DNA of 64,000 nt from a virus (lineage: Duplodnaviria; Heunggongvirae; Uroviricota; Caudoviricetes), in IMG/VR virus record IMGVR_UViG_3300042890_002891, positions 194,831 to 258,830 of that record; one strand, given 5' to 3'. Positions 55,066 through 64,000 of the stretch are shown here, one piece after another. A program made the translations under genes and the position numbers. The notes beneath the pieces were generated by a model. The model searched no databases and was not told the origin of the DNA. It saw only the letters and a list, made by a program, of their open reading frames with translations. How positions within the stretch are numbered: position 1 is the first letter of the stretch; each line of letters opens with the position of its first letter.

Positions 55066-56549
55066 GCAGCTTTGATTTGCCCCAGCAACTGCTTGAGTTT
55101 GTTGCTTTGTACATCTGCTGTGACTCGACCACTCAAAGGATCATGACCGTCTCGTGGTCTGGGCTTTTCCCAGGGCTGCGAACTACTGCCGCTGTCAGCA
55201 GGCGCGACTTGACTGCGGGCCTTAATTGAGTCCATGATTGAACTTTGTGGTTTGTTATGACCGTTTTCGTCCCCACCTTCATCAGTAATGCGCATGGTTT
55301 CAATGTTGTACTCCAAATCAATTTTTTGACCAACGCCGGTCGAGCTTCGAGATTTCATACACTGTATCTGATACTTGCCACGCTCTTTCATGGAGCGACT
55401 GGTAAAGATACCAAACACATTGTCTGCTGTGTTGATTTTACTGATACCACCTGAAATGTGGCTGTGATCAAATTCCATTTCTTCCACTGCTGATCTGTTC
55501 AACTGACTTGCTGTTACCAACAACACGCCCAGTTCCTTAGCCAGGTTACGCAGCTCTTCCGATACATACTTGTCTTTCACAAACAAGTCATTGGGACTAA
55601 CTTTAGCACTCACAGGCATGACCAAGTCAAGATAATCCACCATCACAAAGTCCACTTTGATGCCTGTTTGTATCTGTACTTCTTTTAGATATGCACGGAT
55701 ATCATTCACATTGCTCTGTGCCGGCAAGCCTTTCACACGATACTGTCCGGATTTCTTGGCCACCATCTTGACCTTGAGTTCTGTTGAGTCAATGTCACGG
55801 CGTATTTCTTTGGTGCTCATGTTTGTGAGCATGGCGTCTGTTCTCAAACTTGTGAGTTCTTCTGATAGTTCCAGTGTGATATACACGCCACTCATGCCCT
55901 GCTGCAACCAGTTCAGGGCAATGTTCATCATGACTAAGGATTTACCCGAGCCCGAACCACCTGCAAAGATGTTGAGTTCACCACGACTGAATCCACCATA
56001 CAGCAGTCGATCCATTTGCGGCCAACCTGTGCTAACTTGTCCACCTGAATTGAAATACTTGTTGATCCTGGCTGCTGGATCTGCAAAGTAATCTGTACCC
56101 ATGTCCTTGGTCAGGGAAATCTGCACAGCATCCTTGATCAGTTTTTCCACAGGATCATAGTCGCCTTTTTCCAGCAAGTCTGCTGCTTTTAGAATGGCAC
56201 GTTCTAGTTCCTGGCGTCGTGTAAATGCTTCAAACTCAGTCATGAACCAGTCATAGTGACCTTCGTTCAAGTCTGGCACTGCATTCAACTTGATGCCTGT
56301 GGCCGCAGCGATCTGTGCTCGATCTGGCAGAGTCTTGAACTGTTCTGAATGCTCCTTGATAAACGCCGCAGCGGTTCTTAGATTGCGATCAAAATTTTCT
56401 GGATTGTAGATGTTCTGCACCCGAACGTAGCTGGCGGCGTCCTCCAGCATCATTTCTAGGAATAGTTTCTGAACATCAGTGCTGTAGTCTTTTAACAAGT
56501 TGTTTCTTTCGTAATTCAATTTTGATCTTGGATGTTTCTCTAGCGTCAA
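55062..56549 (-). CDS. DnaB-family replicative helicase (T4 gp41-like)
   Basis: Walker A GGSGSGKS within a RecA-like domain, Walker B VMVDYLDL, N-terminal helical domain. The start may lie downstream, since it overlaps the primase by 74 nt. Confidence 0.75.
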   Translation of the reverse strand: MTLEKHPRSKLNYERNNLLKDYSTDVQKLFLEMMLEDAASYVRVQNIYNPENFDRNLRTAAAFIKEHSEQFKTLPDRAQIAAATGIKLNAVPDLNEGHYDWFMTEFEAFTRRQELERAILKAADLLEKGDYDPVEKLIKDAVQISLTKDMGTDYFADPAARINKYFNSGGQVSTGWPQMDRLLYGGFSRGELNIFAGGSGSGKSLVMMNIALNWLQQGMSGVYITLELSEELTSLRTDAMLTNMSTKEIRRDIDSTELKVKMVAKKSGQYRVKGLPAQSNVNDIRAYLKEVQIQTGIKVDFVMVDYLDLVMPVSAKVSPNDLFVKDKYVSEELRNLAKELGVLLVTASQLNRSAVEEMEFDHSHISGGISKINTADNVFGIFTSRSMKERGKYQIQCMKSRSSTGVGQKIDLEYNIETMRITDEGGDENGHNKPQSSIMDSIKARSQVAPADSGSSSQPWEKPRPRDGHDPLSGRVTADVQSNKLKQLLGQIKAA

Positions 56550-57456
56550 TTATAGTTAGCAATGTGCCCAGGCGCCCATACAGTTTGACAGCATCATTCA
56601 CATCCTTGACTTCCCGGGGCCATGCGGGCATGCTCACAGCCCAGCCCAGTTCCACAGCACGATCCACCAGTTCCATACCTGCTAGATCTTGATCGGGTAC
56701 CACTGTGATTTCTCGACCAAGATTGCGAATCAATCTAGCTTGAGCATCACTTATGGTGTTGTGCATCAAGGCAACACCGCCAATGCTAAGTGCATCAAAG
56801 ATACCTTCAGTCACAATCACCTGAGTCCAGTCAGGACGCAACAGGTCTGTGCCAAACACATAGCCTGGCTGCATGTCATTGATGTAGCGTGGATTACGAT
56901 CATCCAGAAATCTAACAGTGTGTCCCACAATGCTGTTGTGATGTGTGAATGGTATGATCACTTGATCACGGGCGGGCCAGGCTTCTGGATTTGTTTGTGT
57001 CATCACAGGATAATCATCTGGCACACATCTTGATCTCACATAGTCGCGATGCAGTCCTGTGCTACCAATCAGTTCAGCGAATGGCGGCAGGTCTCGTTCT
57101 TCAAACTTGATATCTGCTAGAATATCCACGGTGCGTTGTCTATCATCTAGAATGCCGTGTATGCTCCGGTGCCGCAGACTTTCAAGATTCAACATTTCTA
57201 TTTCACGTTCGGGCACACCCATCCAGCTCAAGAGCCTGCGGGCCTTGAAACTTACAGTACGGCCAAGGATAAAGCTAGCGGTGTAGTTGCAGTTGAAGCA
57301 GTGATAACTCCAGCCCTGTTCAGATGTTTTGATTCCGCCGCGGCTTCTGCGATCTGGTGTGTCGCCGTTGTGTTCACAACACACAGCATTAAAACTGATC
57401 CACCCCGATGCACTAGATTTTCGTTTGGCGGGTAAGTATCCAAGAATGTCGAGCAT
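56476..57456 (-). CDS. DNA primase (T4 gp61-like, Zn-ribbon plus TOPRIM)
   Basis: CCEHNGDTPD...HCFNCNY zinc ribbon; VIVTEGIFDALS and VVPDQD TOPRIM acidic motifs. Confidence 0.7.
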   Translation of the reverse strand: MLDILGYLPAKRKSSASGWISFNAVCCEHNGDTPDRRSRGGIKTSEQGWSYHCFNCNYTASFILGRTVSFKARRLLSWMGVPEREIEMLNLESLRHRSIHGILDDRQRTVDILADIKFEERDLPPFAELIGSTGLHRDYVRSRCVPDDYPVMTQTNPEAWPARDQVIIPFTHHNSIVGHTVRFLDDRNPRYINDMQPGYVFGTDLLRPDWTQVIVTEGIFDALSIGGVALMHNTISDAQARLIRNLGREITVVPDQDLAGMELVDRAVELGWAVSMPAWPREVKDVNDAVKLYGRLGTLLTIIDARETSKIKIELRKKQLVKRLQH

Positions 57457-57458
57457 TC

Positions 57459-58190
57459 TTACATTGTAACATCATCTATGGTAGAAATCAACTTTTCTGC
57501 AATCATTTTATGCCCTATTTCGTTGGGATGACCTCCGGGCATGACCAGTTCTCGTTGTTGATTGTCGGGATGGTTACGAAACCACATGGTAGTAGAGAAG
57601 CCGGGCCATATCTGGGTGGGCAGATCCAGTTTGACATCTTCAGGCATGATCTGGAACTGCATCATTTGAAGATTGCGTCTAGCAGCAATACCATCAAAGC
57701 TCAGCAGGGTTTGCTGATAATTTAGTTTTGCTAGTTTTGAACAGTTGGTCAGCACCAGCTGTTGTTTGACCATGTTTCTAAATTCCTGCGGAACCACACT
57801 GCTGCCGTATTCCACCCAGGTTGAGTGTATGAATCGATTCCAAGGAGGATCGTTGGCATAGCTCACATGATTGGGATTGTAAAAGCTCAGACGATCTGAG
57901 TCTGTGTGTCCAATCAAGATCAGGCACTGTTCTGGCTCGGGCTCGTGATCCAACCACCATAAAAATGTCCACATGGAACTTTGCATGCTGCCTCCGGCAA
58001 TTCCAAAGTTTTCCATGGGCACACCGTAGTGTTGTGCTGTCAGCCCCAGAAAGTTGTGACTTTCACGATAGGCGTTGTTTTGATGCCAGCATGTGTGTGC
58101 ATCTGAATGTTGTCGTTGTAGTTCTGGATCCAGTAGTTCATCGCCGAACATCCAGGAATCACCAAACCCTACAATTTTTTTAAATTTCAT
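57459..58190 (-). CDS. SGNH/GDSL hydrolase (esterase)
   Basis: VGFGDSWMFGDEL canonical GDS(L) block I; a GxND-like and a DxxH-like region follow. Confidence 0.6.
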   Translation of the reverse strand: MKFKKIVGFGDSWMFGDELLDPELQRQHSDAHTCWHQNNAYRESHNFLGLTAQHYGVPMENFGIAGGSMQSSMWTFLWWLDHEPEPEQCLILIGHTDSDRLSFYNPNHVSYANDPPWNRFIHSTWVEYGSSVVPQEFRNMVKQQLVLTNCSKLAKLNYQQTLLSFDGIAARRNLQMMQFQIMPEDVKLDLPTQIWPGFSTTMWFRNHPDNQQRELVMPGGHPNEIGHKMIAEKLISTIDDVTM

Positions 58191-59266
58191 CTAACTAGTA
58201 TACTTGTCACGGCTCCGGTATTGATGCTTATTGCAGCCACTTGATTGGTAGCTGGGTTGGTCACATATCCTGTTCCGCCGTTTATAACATTTATGGCAGA
58301 TACTGAGGTGCCAGCAATTACTGCTTCAGCAACAGCGCCCGCACCAAGTCCAATGATGTTGACTCTGGGTGGGGCCAGATATCCGTAACCACCTTGATTC
58401 ACAGTGATAGAAGTGATCACTCCATTTGCTCCATTTGCTGTGGCTGTGGCCAATTGAATTTGTGCTGTGCCCGGATAGGAGTCAAGACTTAGACGTAGCA
58501 AAGGATGATATCCTGGCACTGTGATGGGTTCTGTTCCGGTGCGATTATAGTATTGATAGATGTCCGAAACATCTGCCCAGATTGATTCATAAGTTTGTGC
58601 TGCCTGTGCCTTGATGTTGCCAGTGAAATGATCCATTTCCAACTGGAATGTGGTCAGGCTTGCACCTGTGGTTGACACAAAACTCGAGTATCTCTGAGGA
58701 TTTGCATTGGTATTGCCCGGTGGCGGGTTGAGTGCCCAGTCAGGATAGTTGCCCTGCAACACAGGATTTATATATACCTCTGGACCATAAATGGTAGGAA
58801 TGCTTAGTAGGCCGCTGGGCACAAACTGTGGCTGCACAGAATCCACAATGTCCACATCAGCACGGGCCAGAGCCTGTGCATCCACAAACACTGCTTCAAC
58901 TAGGTCGCCGCTGGCACGTTCAATTGCATAGCTCGACGGTTCTGCAGGAAACTCTGTGGTTTCAGCAGCACTGAGTGTTACCTTGGCACGACCAAATTGA
59001 GCATTGATTATGACCATTTCTTTTTCAATCAGCTGTTGATTGCCAGCCAAATTGATCAGTCTAAACTTCAGTGCCGACCCTGTGATATTCACAGGTTTTT
59101 GATCTTGGTTCACAAACTCAAACAAGATCACATTGTCAACACCTTTGTTGACAGTTAATTTTTTTGCATACACAGGATCCCACCTCCGGTCAAAATAAGC
59201 GCCGCTGGTATCTACTAATAAAATTCGCTGAACTTGCTGATAAAGATAAACAGGGGTTGAATACAT
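58187..59266 (-). CDS. virion structural protein with a C-terminal fibre-like G/A/T/V-rich domain
   Basis: Start at the ATG after TTTGGAGCGTCCT (the ORF track start is TTG); C-terminal repeats resemble Ig-like/fibre modules. Confidence 0.5.
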   Translation of the reverse strand: MYSTPVYLYQQVQRILLVDTSGAYFDRRWDPVYAKKLTVNKGVDNVILFEFVNQDQKPVNITGSALKFRLINLAGNQQLIEKEMVIINAQFGRAKVTLSAAETTEFPAEPSSYAIERASGDLVEAVFVDAQALARADVDIVDSVQPQFVPSGLLSIPTIYGPEVYINPVLQGNYPDWALNPPPGNTNANPQRYSSFVSTTGASLTTFQLEMDHFTGNIKAQAAQTYESIWADVSDIYQYYNRTGTEPITVPGYHPLLRLSLDSYPGTAQIQLATATANGANGVITSITVNQGGYGYLAPPRVNIIGLGAGAVAEAVIAGTSVSAINVINGGTGYVTNPATNQVAAISINTGAVTSILVR

Positions 59267-59299
59267 AGGACGCTCCAAACAATATTTACCTAAGGAGCC

Positions 59300-59311
59300 T
59301 TGGTATAAATA
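59300..59311 (+). promoter_or_regulatory. extended -10 promoter (TGGTATAAAT) for plus-strand gene 59328..59705
   Basis: TGn-TATAAA motif 17-28 nt upstream of the ATG. Confidence 0.3.
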
Positions 59312-59327
59312 TCCAAACTAATACTAT

Positions 59328-59705
59328 ATGGGCAAAGACTTATTTCAAAAACTAGCTGACAAATATCCGTTTATTACCTTGTGCGTTTACGCCAGCAATG
59401 AATATGTGGGGATTGTGCAAAACAGAGATGATGTTATCACAACCATCTATGACTTTGGAACTGTCAAAGATTCAGAACAAAAACGACGTTATCTTGATCT
59501 GGCCAACACCTGGTGGTGGGAAAGCAACAGAAGTATTCCGATCAACATATTCCTGCGTGGAGAATGGGATGAATTTCGTCTGTGCCTTCGCACATTTGTC
59601 AACAAAGATCTGGAAATCTTGCACGGTCCTGTGTGCAGCCTAAATGACATTGCCCGTAGAAAAGGCAAGAGAAAATCTATTACTCTTGTGAGACGCCTAG
59701 ACTAA
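59328..59705 (+). CDS. hypothetical protein (125 aa); isolated plus-strand gene (moron-like)
   Basis: ORF with protein-like composition embedded in the minus-strand block. Confidence 0.4.
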   Translation: MGKDLFQKLADKYPFITLCVYASNEYVGIVQNRDDVITTIYDFGTVKDSEQKRRYLDLANTWWWESNRSIPINIFLRGEWDEFRLCLRTFVNKDLEILHGPVCSLNDIARRKGKRKSITLVRRLD

Positions 59706-60266
59706 TAGATTCATGTGCAAGGCTACCAGAGCCGCATAACCTAGAGCATGTGCTTTCTTGAATGTGTAGCCTCGACTGGTATCGCCATCCCAGACTGAAT
59801 CAAACACCGTGGGCCAATCTAACCCTTGTAGGTGTGCCTTGCCTGGGCGTATGATTGATATAAATGCTGCCATTCTAGGTATACTGTCAGGTCTCATGGT
59901 CGCCAGCAAGTGTCCATAATTGCCCACGTGAACCAACTGCTTGGCCCATTCAGGATCTTGCCATAGTCTTGCCCATGGTGGTGTGGCTGCAAGCACAGCG
60001 TCGTAGTGCTCGGGACTCTGTATCAACTGATACACACTCATGTTCAAGAAGTCCAGTTTGAAATAGCCACGAGCTTCTGCTGACTCGTAGTCTATGGCAG
60101 CACAGTTATTCACAGGATCTTGTGGAATGTCTGTGACATACACTCCTGAATTGTGACGTCTAGGTCTACCATCTGTGATCTGCCGTGCAGGGGTGTGCTG
60201 AATCAGTTTCAGTACATGTTCGCGATCAGCAAAGTCAATGTCAATGTCTGCGCTCATACTGTACAC
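59697..60266 (-). CDS. hypothetical protein (189 aa)
   Basis: ORF. Confidence 0.45.
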   Translation of the reverse strand: MYSMSADIDIDFADREHVLKLIQHTPARQITDGRPRRHNSGVYVTDIPQDPVNNCAAIDYESAEARGYFKLDFLNMSVYQLIQSPEHYDAVLAATPPWARLWQDPEWAKQLVHVGNYGHLLATMRPDSIPRMAAFISIIRPGKAHLQGLDWPTVFDSVWDGDTSRGYTFKKAHALGYAALVALHMNLLV

Positions 60267-60592
60267 AAGGCCACAACTGTTTTCAATTGCTGCTCAGCTA
60301 GACGCACAGCCTCCAGTGCATCTGCCACAGCAGGATACTTTTGTGCCAGGTCCTGGGCTGCTTTCTCTTGTGCCATCTTTAGCCATGCCCAGGCAAGTGC
60401 TTCTTCAGCATTGGAGGTAAGGCCCACACTGGATCCGCCGCCCATAGCGAGCCAGGCGTTGCCATCATACACCTGTGTTTGATTGTTGTGGTATCGCAAC
60501 ATGCCTGCACTGGCAGCACCTGGACTGATGTATGGTCCAACAGGATTGGTTGTTGTGACCCATGTACTTGTGGGGTAAACGCTGGTGATCAT
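60254..60592 (-). CDS. hypothetical protein (112 aa)
   Basis: ORF. Confidence 0.4.
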   Translation of the reverse strand: MITSVYPTSTWVTTTNPVGPYISPGAASAGMLRYHNNQTQVYDGNAWLAMGGGSSVGLTSNAEEALAWAWLKMAQEKAAQDLAQKYPAVADALEAVRLAEQQLKTVVALCTV

Positions 60593-60596
60593 TATG

Positions 60597-61271
60597 TTAC
60601 CATCCTGCTTGTTTCAAAATATTCTTGGCATATGCCTGATCCTGGGGTCTATCCTGAAATTGCTTTTGCCAGGCATCGCTGTCAATATAGGGCCATATCA
60701 TAGCAACCTGTGTGGCATCTAGTTCGCTTAGAAACTTCTGTCCCGATTCTGAATTGTAAATTACCCAGGCACTTATTCTACCTGCGGTCACAGCATAGCA
60801 CAGGACATTGGCATTGCCATATCTCATGCAATCATGTGCAGGGCTGGTGTTTTTTTCTGACCAGTCTATGCCAAACTCTATGGCTCGTGTGAGTGCATCA
60901 TCCACGGCTTCTACTTTCAGGTGATCTACTAGATATTCTGTGTACACCTTGTCACTGCACCAGTGGTCAATCTTGCGATTGTGTTTCAACAACCAGGCCA
61001 TGAATCTGTCTGGGTTGATCACTCTGGTGTTCACACAGTAGTGCCCAAACTTCACAAATGCACGATAGTAACTGCTTTCACAAAAGGTATCGTGTGTTTT
61101 GTTTCTGGCTGATCCTGCCATGCTTTCATAAAAGCGAATGTAGGCCTGAAATCCCAGTCTTGGACCCGGCTCGTCACGCTCGCGACGACGACGTTTGGGT
61201 TCGCACATGTGCGCTTGTATAGATGTTTCTCTCACAAACTCTTTTTTGCAATATTCGCACACATGGGTCAT
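60597..61271 (-). CDS. zinc-finger protein (224 aa)
   Basis: N-terminal CEYCKKEF...HMC C2H2-like motif followed by a KRRRRER basic patch. Confidence 0.45.
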   Translation of the reverse strand: MTHVCEYCKKEFVRETSIQAHMCEPKRRRRERDEPGPRLGFQAYIRFYESMAGSARNKTHDTFCESSYYRAFVKFGHYCVNTRVINPDRFMAWLLKHNRKIDHWCSDKVYTEYLVDHLKVEAVDDALTRAIEFGIDWSEKNTSPAHDCMRYGNANVLCYAVTAGRISAWVIYNSESGQKFLSELDATQVAMIWPYIDSDAWQKQFQDRPQDQAYAKNILKQAGW

Positions 61272-61276
61272 GCTGA

Positions 61277-61723
61277 TTACTTTTTGGTGTTACCCGAGTC
61301 TCGATTGTATACGTCTAGTTCTTTTTGTGTAACCAATTCGGCCATTACGTCAATTTCGTCGTCTTTGTAGGTGGGATATATTTCCATCAAGGCTTTACGT
61401 TTGGCACTGAGTCCTGCTTCTTTTTTCTTGGGAGCAATCCAGGGATGTCGCATTGTGCCCATGCCCGGACTCATTGCAGTAGCACACAGCCATTGCAGTT
61501 TGGGATGACGGCCTATGTCAAAAAAGTGCTTGTTGAGATAGTGGTTGCAGCTCTGCACATAGTATTCTTGCAGTTCCTGAGCACCATCTACTGCTGAGCC
61601 CCAGCGCAACATCAGGAACGTAGAGAATTTCTTGCGCTCATCTGAGTCAAGTTCATCATAGAAGTTTCTGTTCTTGACGTCCAGTTGGCGCATCTCGTTT
61701 GAAATGTGTAGTTTATCACTCAT
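61277..61723 (-). CDS. hypothetical protein (148 aa)
   Basis: Start at the ATGA overlap with the upstream stop; the longer ORF to 61816 is less likely. Confidence 0.45.
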   Translation of the reverse strand: MSDKLHISNEMRQLDVKNRNFYDELDSDERKKFSTFLMLRWGSAVDGAQELQEYYVQSCNHYLNKHFFDIGRHPKLQWLCATAMSPGMGTMRHPWIAPKKKEAGLSAKRKALMEIYPTYKDDEIDVMAELVTQKELDVYNRDSGNTKK

Positions 61724-62001
61724 GTGGTCTTGCTCAGTTGATAGATCATTATAGCACGTTCCAGGGCGTCTTGTAAAGTGGGATTGGTCCGGGCCGTTCG
61801 CCGAATCTCTCCCCACATTTTATCTTCCTGTATATGGTCATACACAGGTCTGCCATCACTGGTCCTAGGATCATGATCATGGCCCACCACTGTGCGAGCA
61901 AGTTCTCCCACACGTCTGGAGTACACCGTGCCGTCCACACGTTCGTAGATCAAGGGCACACCAGGCACAAGGCTACCCATACTGATACCCGTACTGAACA
62001 T
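61720..62001 (-). CDS. hypothetical protein (93 aa)
   Basis: ORF. Confidence 0.4.
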   Translation of the reverse strand: MFSTGISMGSLVPGVPLIYERVDGTVYSRRVGELARTVVGHDHDPRTSDGRPVYDHIQEDKMWGEIRRTARTNPTLQDALERAIMIYQLSKTT

Positions 62002-62115
62002 GTGCCCAACGCAGGAATCGTTCCAGACCTTCGCGGTCTTCGGGGTAGCTTTCTAAAAACAGTCTAGCCAATCGATTGATTGTTACAAATACTTCAGGTT
62101 CTGTGTAAGCCATAT

Positions 62116-62616
62116 CTACCAGGCCTTGTTGTAGTCTACTATTTCACAATTGCGACTGACGTCTTTCACAAAGTACACACAGTCAGGTTGTTCGGCATCG
62201 TTGATAGGTACACACAGCATCTGTCCATTCTTGAGTTTGGGAGCATACCAGGATACTTCTTGATAAACATCAATAATCTCAATGGGTGGAAAACTGGGTC
62301 TAAAGCTGCTGAGAGGATTGAACTGGAACACATTGAAGCCACGATCATTGATACTGGTCAAGGGCAGCATTTCTAGGTCACCCAGGTCTGGTTCACCAAT
62401 TAAAATTTGCCAGTCCACGGGCATTTTAATTCTGGCATCCCCTATCTGCAGCACCAGGGCAGGTGCGCTGAAGCTTTCTAAAAATATCAAAGGAATGTAG
62501 TGATAATCTGGATCTTGTGGATTGCTGTTGTCCAGGATGGCAAAACGCATATCATCCACTTCGTCGGGCAAATGATCTAGATCATAGGGTTTGTTGTCAA
62601 GTGTTAAAATTCTCAT
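62116..62616 (-). CDS. hypothetical protein (166 aa)
   Basis: ORF. Confidence 0.45.
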   Translation of the reverse strand: MRILTLDNKPYDLDHLPDEVDDMRFAILDNSNPQDPDYHYIPLIFLESFSAPALVLQIGDARIKMPVDWQILIGEPDLGDLEMLPLTSINDRGFNVFQFNPLSSFRPSFPPIEIIDVYQEVSWYAPKLKNGQMLCVPINDAEQPDCVYFVKDVSRNCEIVDYNKAW

Positions 62617-62654
62617 GTGTTAATAATACAGTATTTGTAAAGTAAAGTCAACCA

Positions 62655-63935
62655 TTATTTGATCTTCATCCACTCTAGTTTCTCTGCTGAGAATGGATAG
62701 TTGGCTTCCTTATAAAAGGCCTTGCGCTTGGTCAGATGACGCTTGGCAAACTTGCATGTGCTGGTTATGTCCCAGATTTCCACATGATCTTTGTCTTCGG
62801 CTTTTCTAATACCGCGTCCAATACTCTGTATCACACGCACAAAGCTCTTGCCTGGCTCTACCAGCACAAGATTAAAGATGCGTGGTATGTTGATACCCAC
62901 CGCAGCCACACCATAAGTGGCCACAATAATCTTGTCAGTGGCATCGGCTACCTGATTGTATTCGTCCTGGCGGGTTTTTGACTTGGTAGCACCAGACACA
63001 AACACTGCCTTGTCGCCCAGGCGTTCTACCAGTTGTCGTCCACATTCAGTCCTGTCTACCAACACCAGAGTATTGCCTGTTTCGTTTACCTTGCGTATCA
63101 GTTCTGCCATGGTGTCCAGTCTTCCGGACTCTTCCAGCAGGTACTTGAGCTCGCTTTGATAGTCAGCGTATTCCACATGATCCACCAGTTGCACAATGTT
63201 CACATGGCACTGTGCTAGGACGCCTGCGTCTTGTAGTGTGCTGGCACTGAGTCGACTGACCACAGGACCCAGGCTGACCAACAGGGCCTGGCTTTCAAAC
63301 AGTTCTTTTGGCACTGTCCCGGTTAGTCCCCATCTCAAGGGAATCTGACTCATGGCTCCGGTCAGCAGGGTCTTGAGTGCATCAGCCTTGGCCATGTGAA
63401 CCTCGTCCACAATCACACACACCACATCTTGTATAAACTCATGAATGGTTATTTCTGCTTCACCAGTCTTGGTCAGCTTCATCATGTTGTTGAGACTCTG
63501 CCAGGTGCATATGGTATGCTGACGATTGTATTCTTTTCTGTCGCCAAAATACACGCCCACATCCAGTCCCATGTTGATGTAGTCTGCCTCGGTCTGCGTT
63601 ACTAGACTCTTGTTGGGCACAATCACAATACTTCGACCATAGGCACTGACAGCATCACTCAAGGCTGCTGTGATAATGGTCTTGCCTGCTCCGGTGGCCA
63701 CTTCTTGTATGCACTGCGGATTGGTCAGAAACTTGTTGATAATTTCCACTTGATAGTCACGCAGCACCATGGGCTGGCCAGCAGCTGGATGGGTTTTGGG
63801 CCACAGCACATGACTGTAATGATTTTCTGACACTGCTGCAAAGTCAAAAGAAGTGGCATACTCACGCTGATCATCTAGTACTGGACTATAGTCGAACTTG
63901 TCAAGTATGGGCATGATCTCGGGCAAGAGATTCAC
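62655..63935 (-). CDS. superfamily II DNA helicase (UvsW-like)
   Basis: Walker A ATGAGKT, DEVH box, SAT-like TGT motif, QSIGRGIR motif VI. Start is GTG at 63935 (GTGA overlap) or ATG at 63914. Confidence 0.65.
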   Translation of the reverse strand: MNLLPEIMPILDKFDYSPVLDDQREYATSFDFAAVSENHYSHVLWPKTHPAAGQPMVLRDYQVEIINKFLTNPQCIQEVATGAGKTIITAALSDAVSAYGRSIVIVPNKSLVTQTEADYINMGLDVGVYFGDRKEYNRQHTICTWQSLNNMMKLTKTGEAEITIHEFIQDVVCVIVDEVHMAKADALKTLLTGAMSQIPLRWGLTGTVPKELFESQALLVSLGPVVSRLSASTLQDAGVLAQCHVNIVQLVDHVEYADYQSELKYLLEESGRLDTMAELIRKVNETGNTLVLVDRTECGRQLVERLGDKAVFVSGATKSKTRQDEYNQVADATDKIIVATYGVAAVGINIPRIFNLVLVEPGKSFVRVIQSIGRGIRKAEDKDHVEIWDITSTCKFAKRHLTKRKAFYKEANYPFSAEKLEWMKIK

Positions 63936-64000
63936 ATAGGTGCTGCCACCCAGTTGGAAGTAGGCAATCTTGCCGTCCCATCGGCCCAGCCGTACCGCAG
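63932..64000 (-). CDS. 3-prime end of an upstream gene (partial; continues beyond the window)
   Basis: Open minus-strand frame entering from the window edge and ending ...NWVAAPM-stop. Confidence 0.3.
   Translation of the reverse strand: MRYGWADGTARLPTSNWVAAPM

Noticed and set aside
58187-59266. Major capsid protein (T4 gp23-like)
   Set aside because: The size (about 360 aa) and a fibre-like G/A/T-rich C-terminus do not fit gp23 or an HK97-fold MCP. No portal or terminase genes were recognised in the window, so the head module probably lies elsewhere.
1-64000. CRISPR arrays, tRNA/tmRNA genes, IS elements and integrase
   Set aside because: No regularly spaced direct repeats, no tRNA-like cloverleaf sequences in the few intergenic gaps, and no transposase or integrase-like ORFs were seen. 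Coding density is uniformly high.

Overview
This 64 kb window reads as a densely packed segment of a large T4-like marine myovirus genome whose host is a Gram-negative proteobacterium. More than 90% of genes lie on the minus strand. Many genes overlap by ATGA or TAATG, which suggests translational coupling. I found no rRNA, tRNA, CRISPR array or transposase. Every call below comes from reading the sequence and the supplied ORF track by eye, with no database search.

Recognisable content:
- A replication and nucleotide module: class Ia ribonucleotide reductase nrdA/nrdB plus a CPYC glutaredoxin, ATP-dependent DNA ligase, a gp41-like DnaB-family helicase, a gp61-like primase, a UvsW-like superfamily II helicase, a second KxDG nucleotidyltransferase, an HNH homing endonuclease and a PD-(D/E)XK nuclease.
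- A virion module: PAAR tail-tip protein, a long tail fibre, a beta-helix (pectate-lyase-like) tail spike, two paralogous SGNH/GDSL esterases, and two adjacent genes whose N-termini resemble the T4 capsid-targeting sequence of internal proteins.
- Host-like auxiliary genes: pstS preceded by a Pho-box-like repeat, iscU, iscA, an IbpA-like Hsp20, two ClpP paralogs, ClpX, ClpS, a porin, an SPFH lipoprotein and a cluster of small lipoproteins.
- A roughly 10 kb sugar-modification cluster: GT2 glycosyltransferase, LpxH-like phosphoesterase, NDP-sugar dehydrogenase, amidinotransferase, a cupin and three paralogous glycosyltransferase-like genes.
- A radical-SAM enzyme plus an asparagine-synthetase-like amidoligase pair, translationally coupled to clpP and next to an FG-GAP lipoprotein.

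Several near-consensus sigma70 promoters are present. They include a five-member family with a shared extended -35 (GGTTGACCAATATT), one promoter overlapped by a perfect 13 bp palindromic operator, and several rho-independent terminators.
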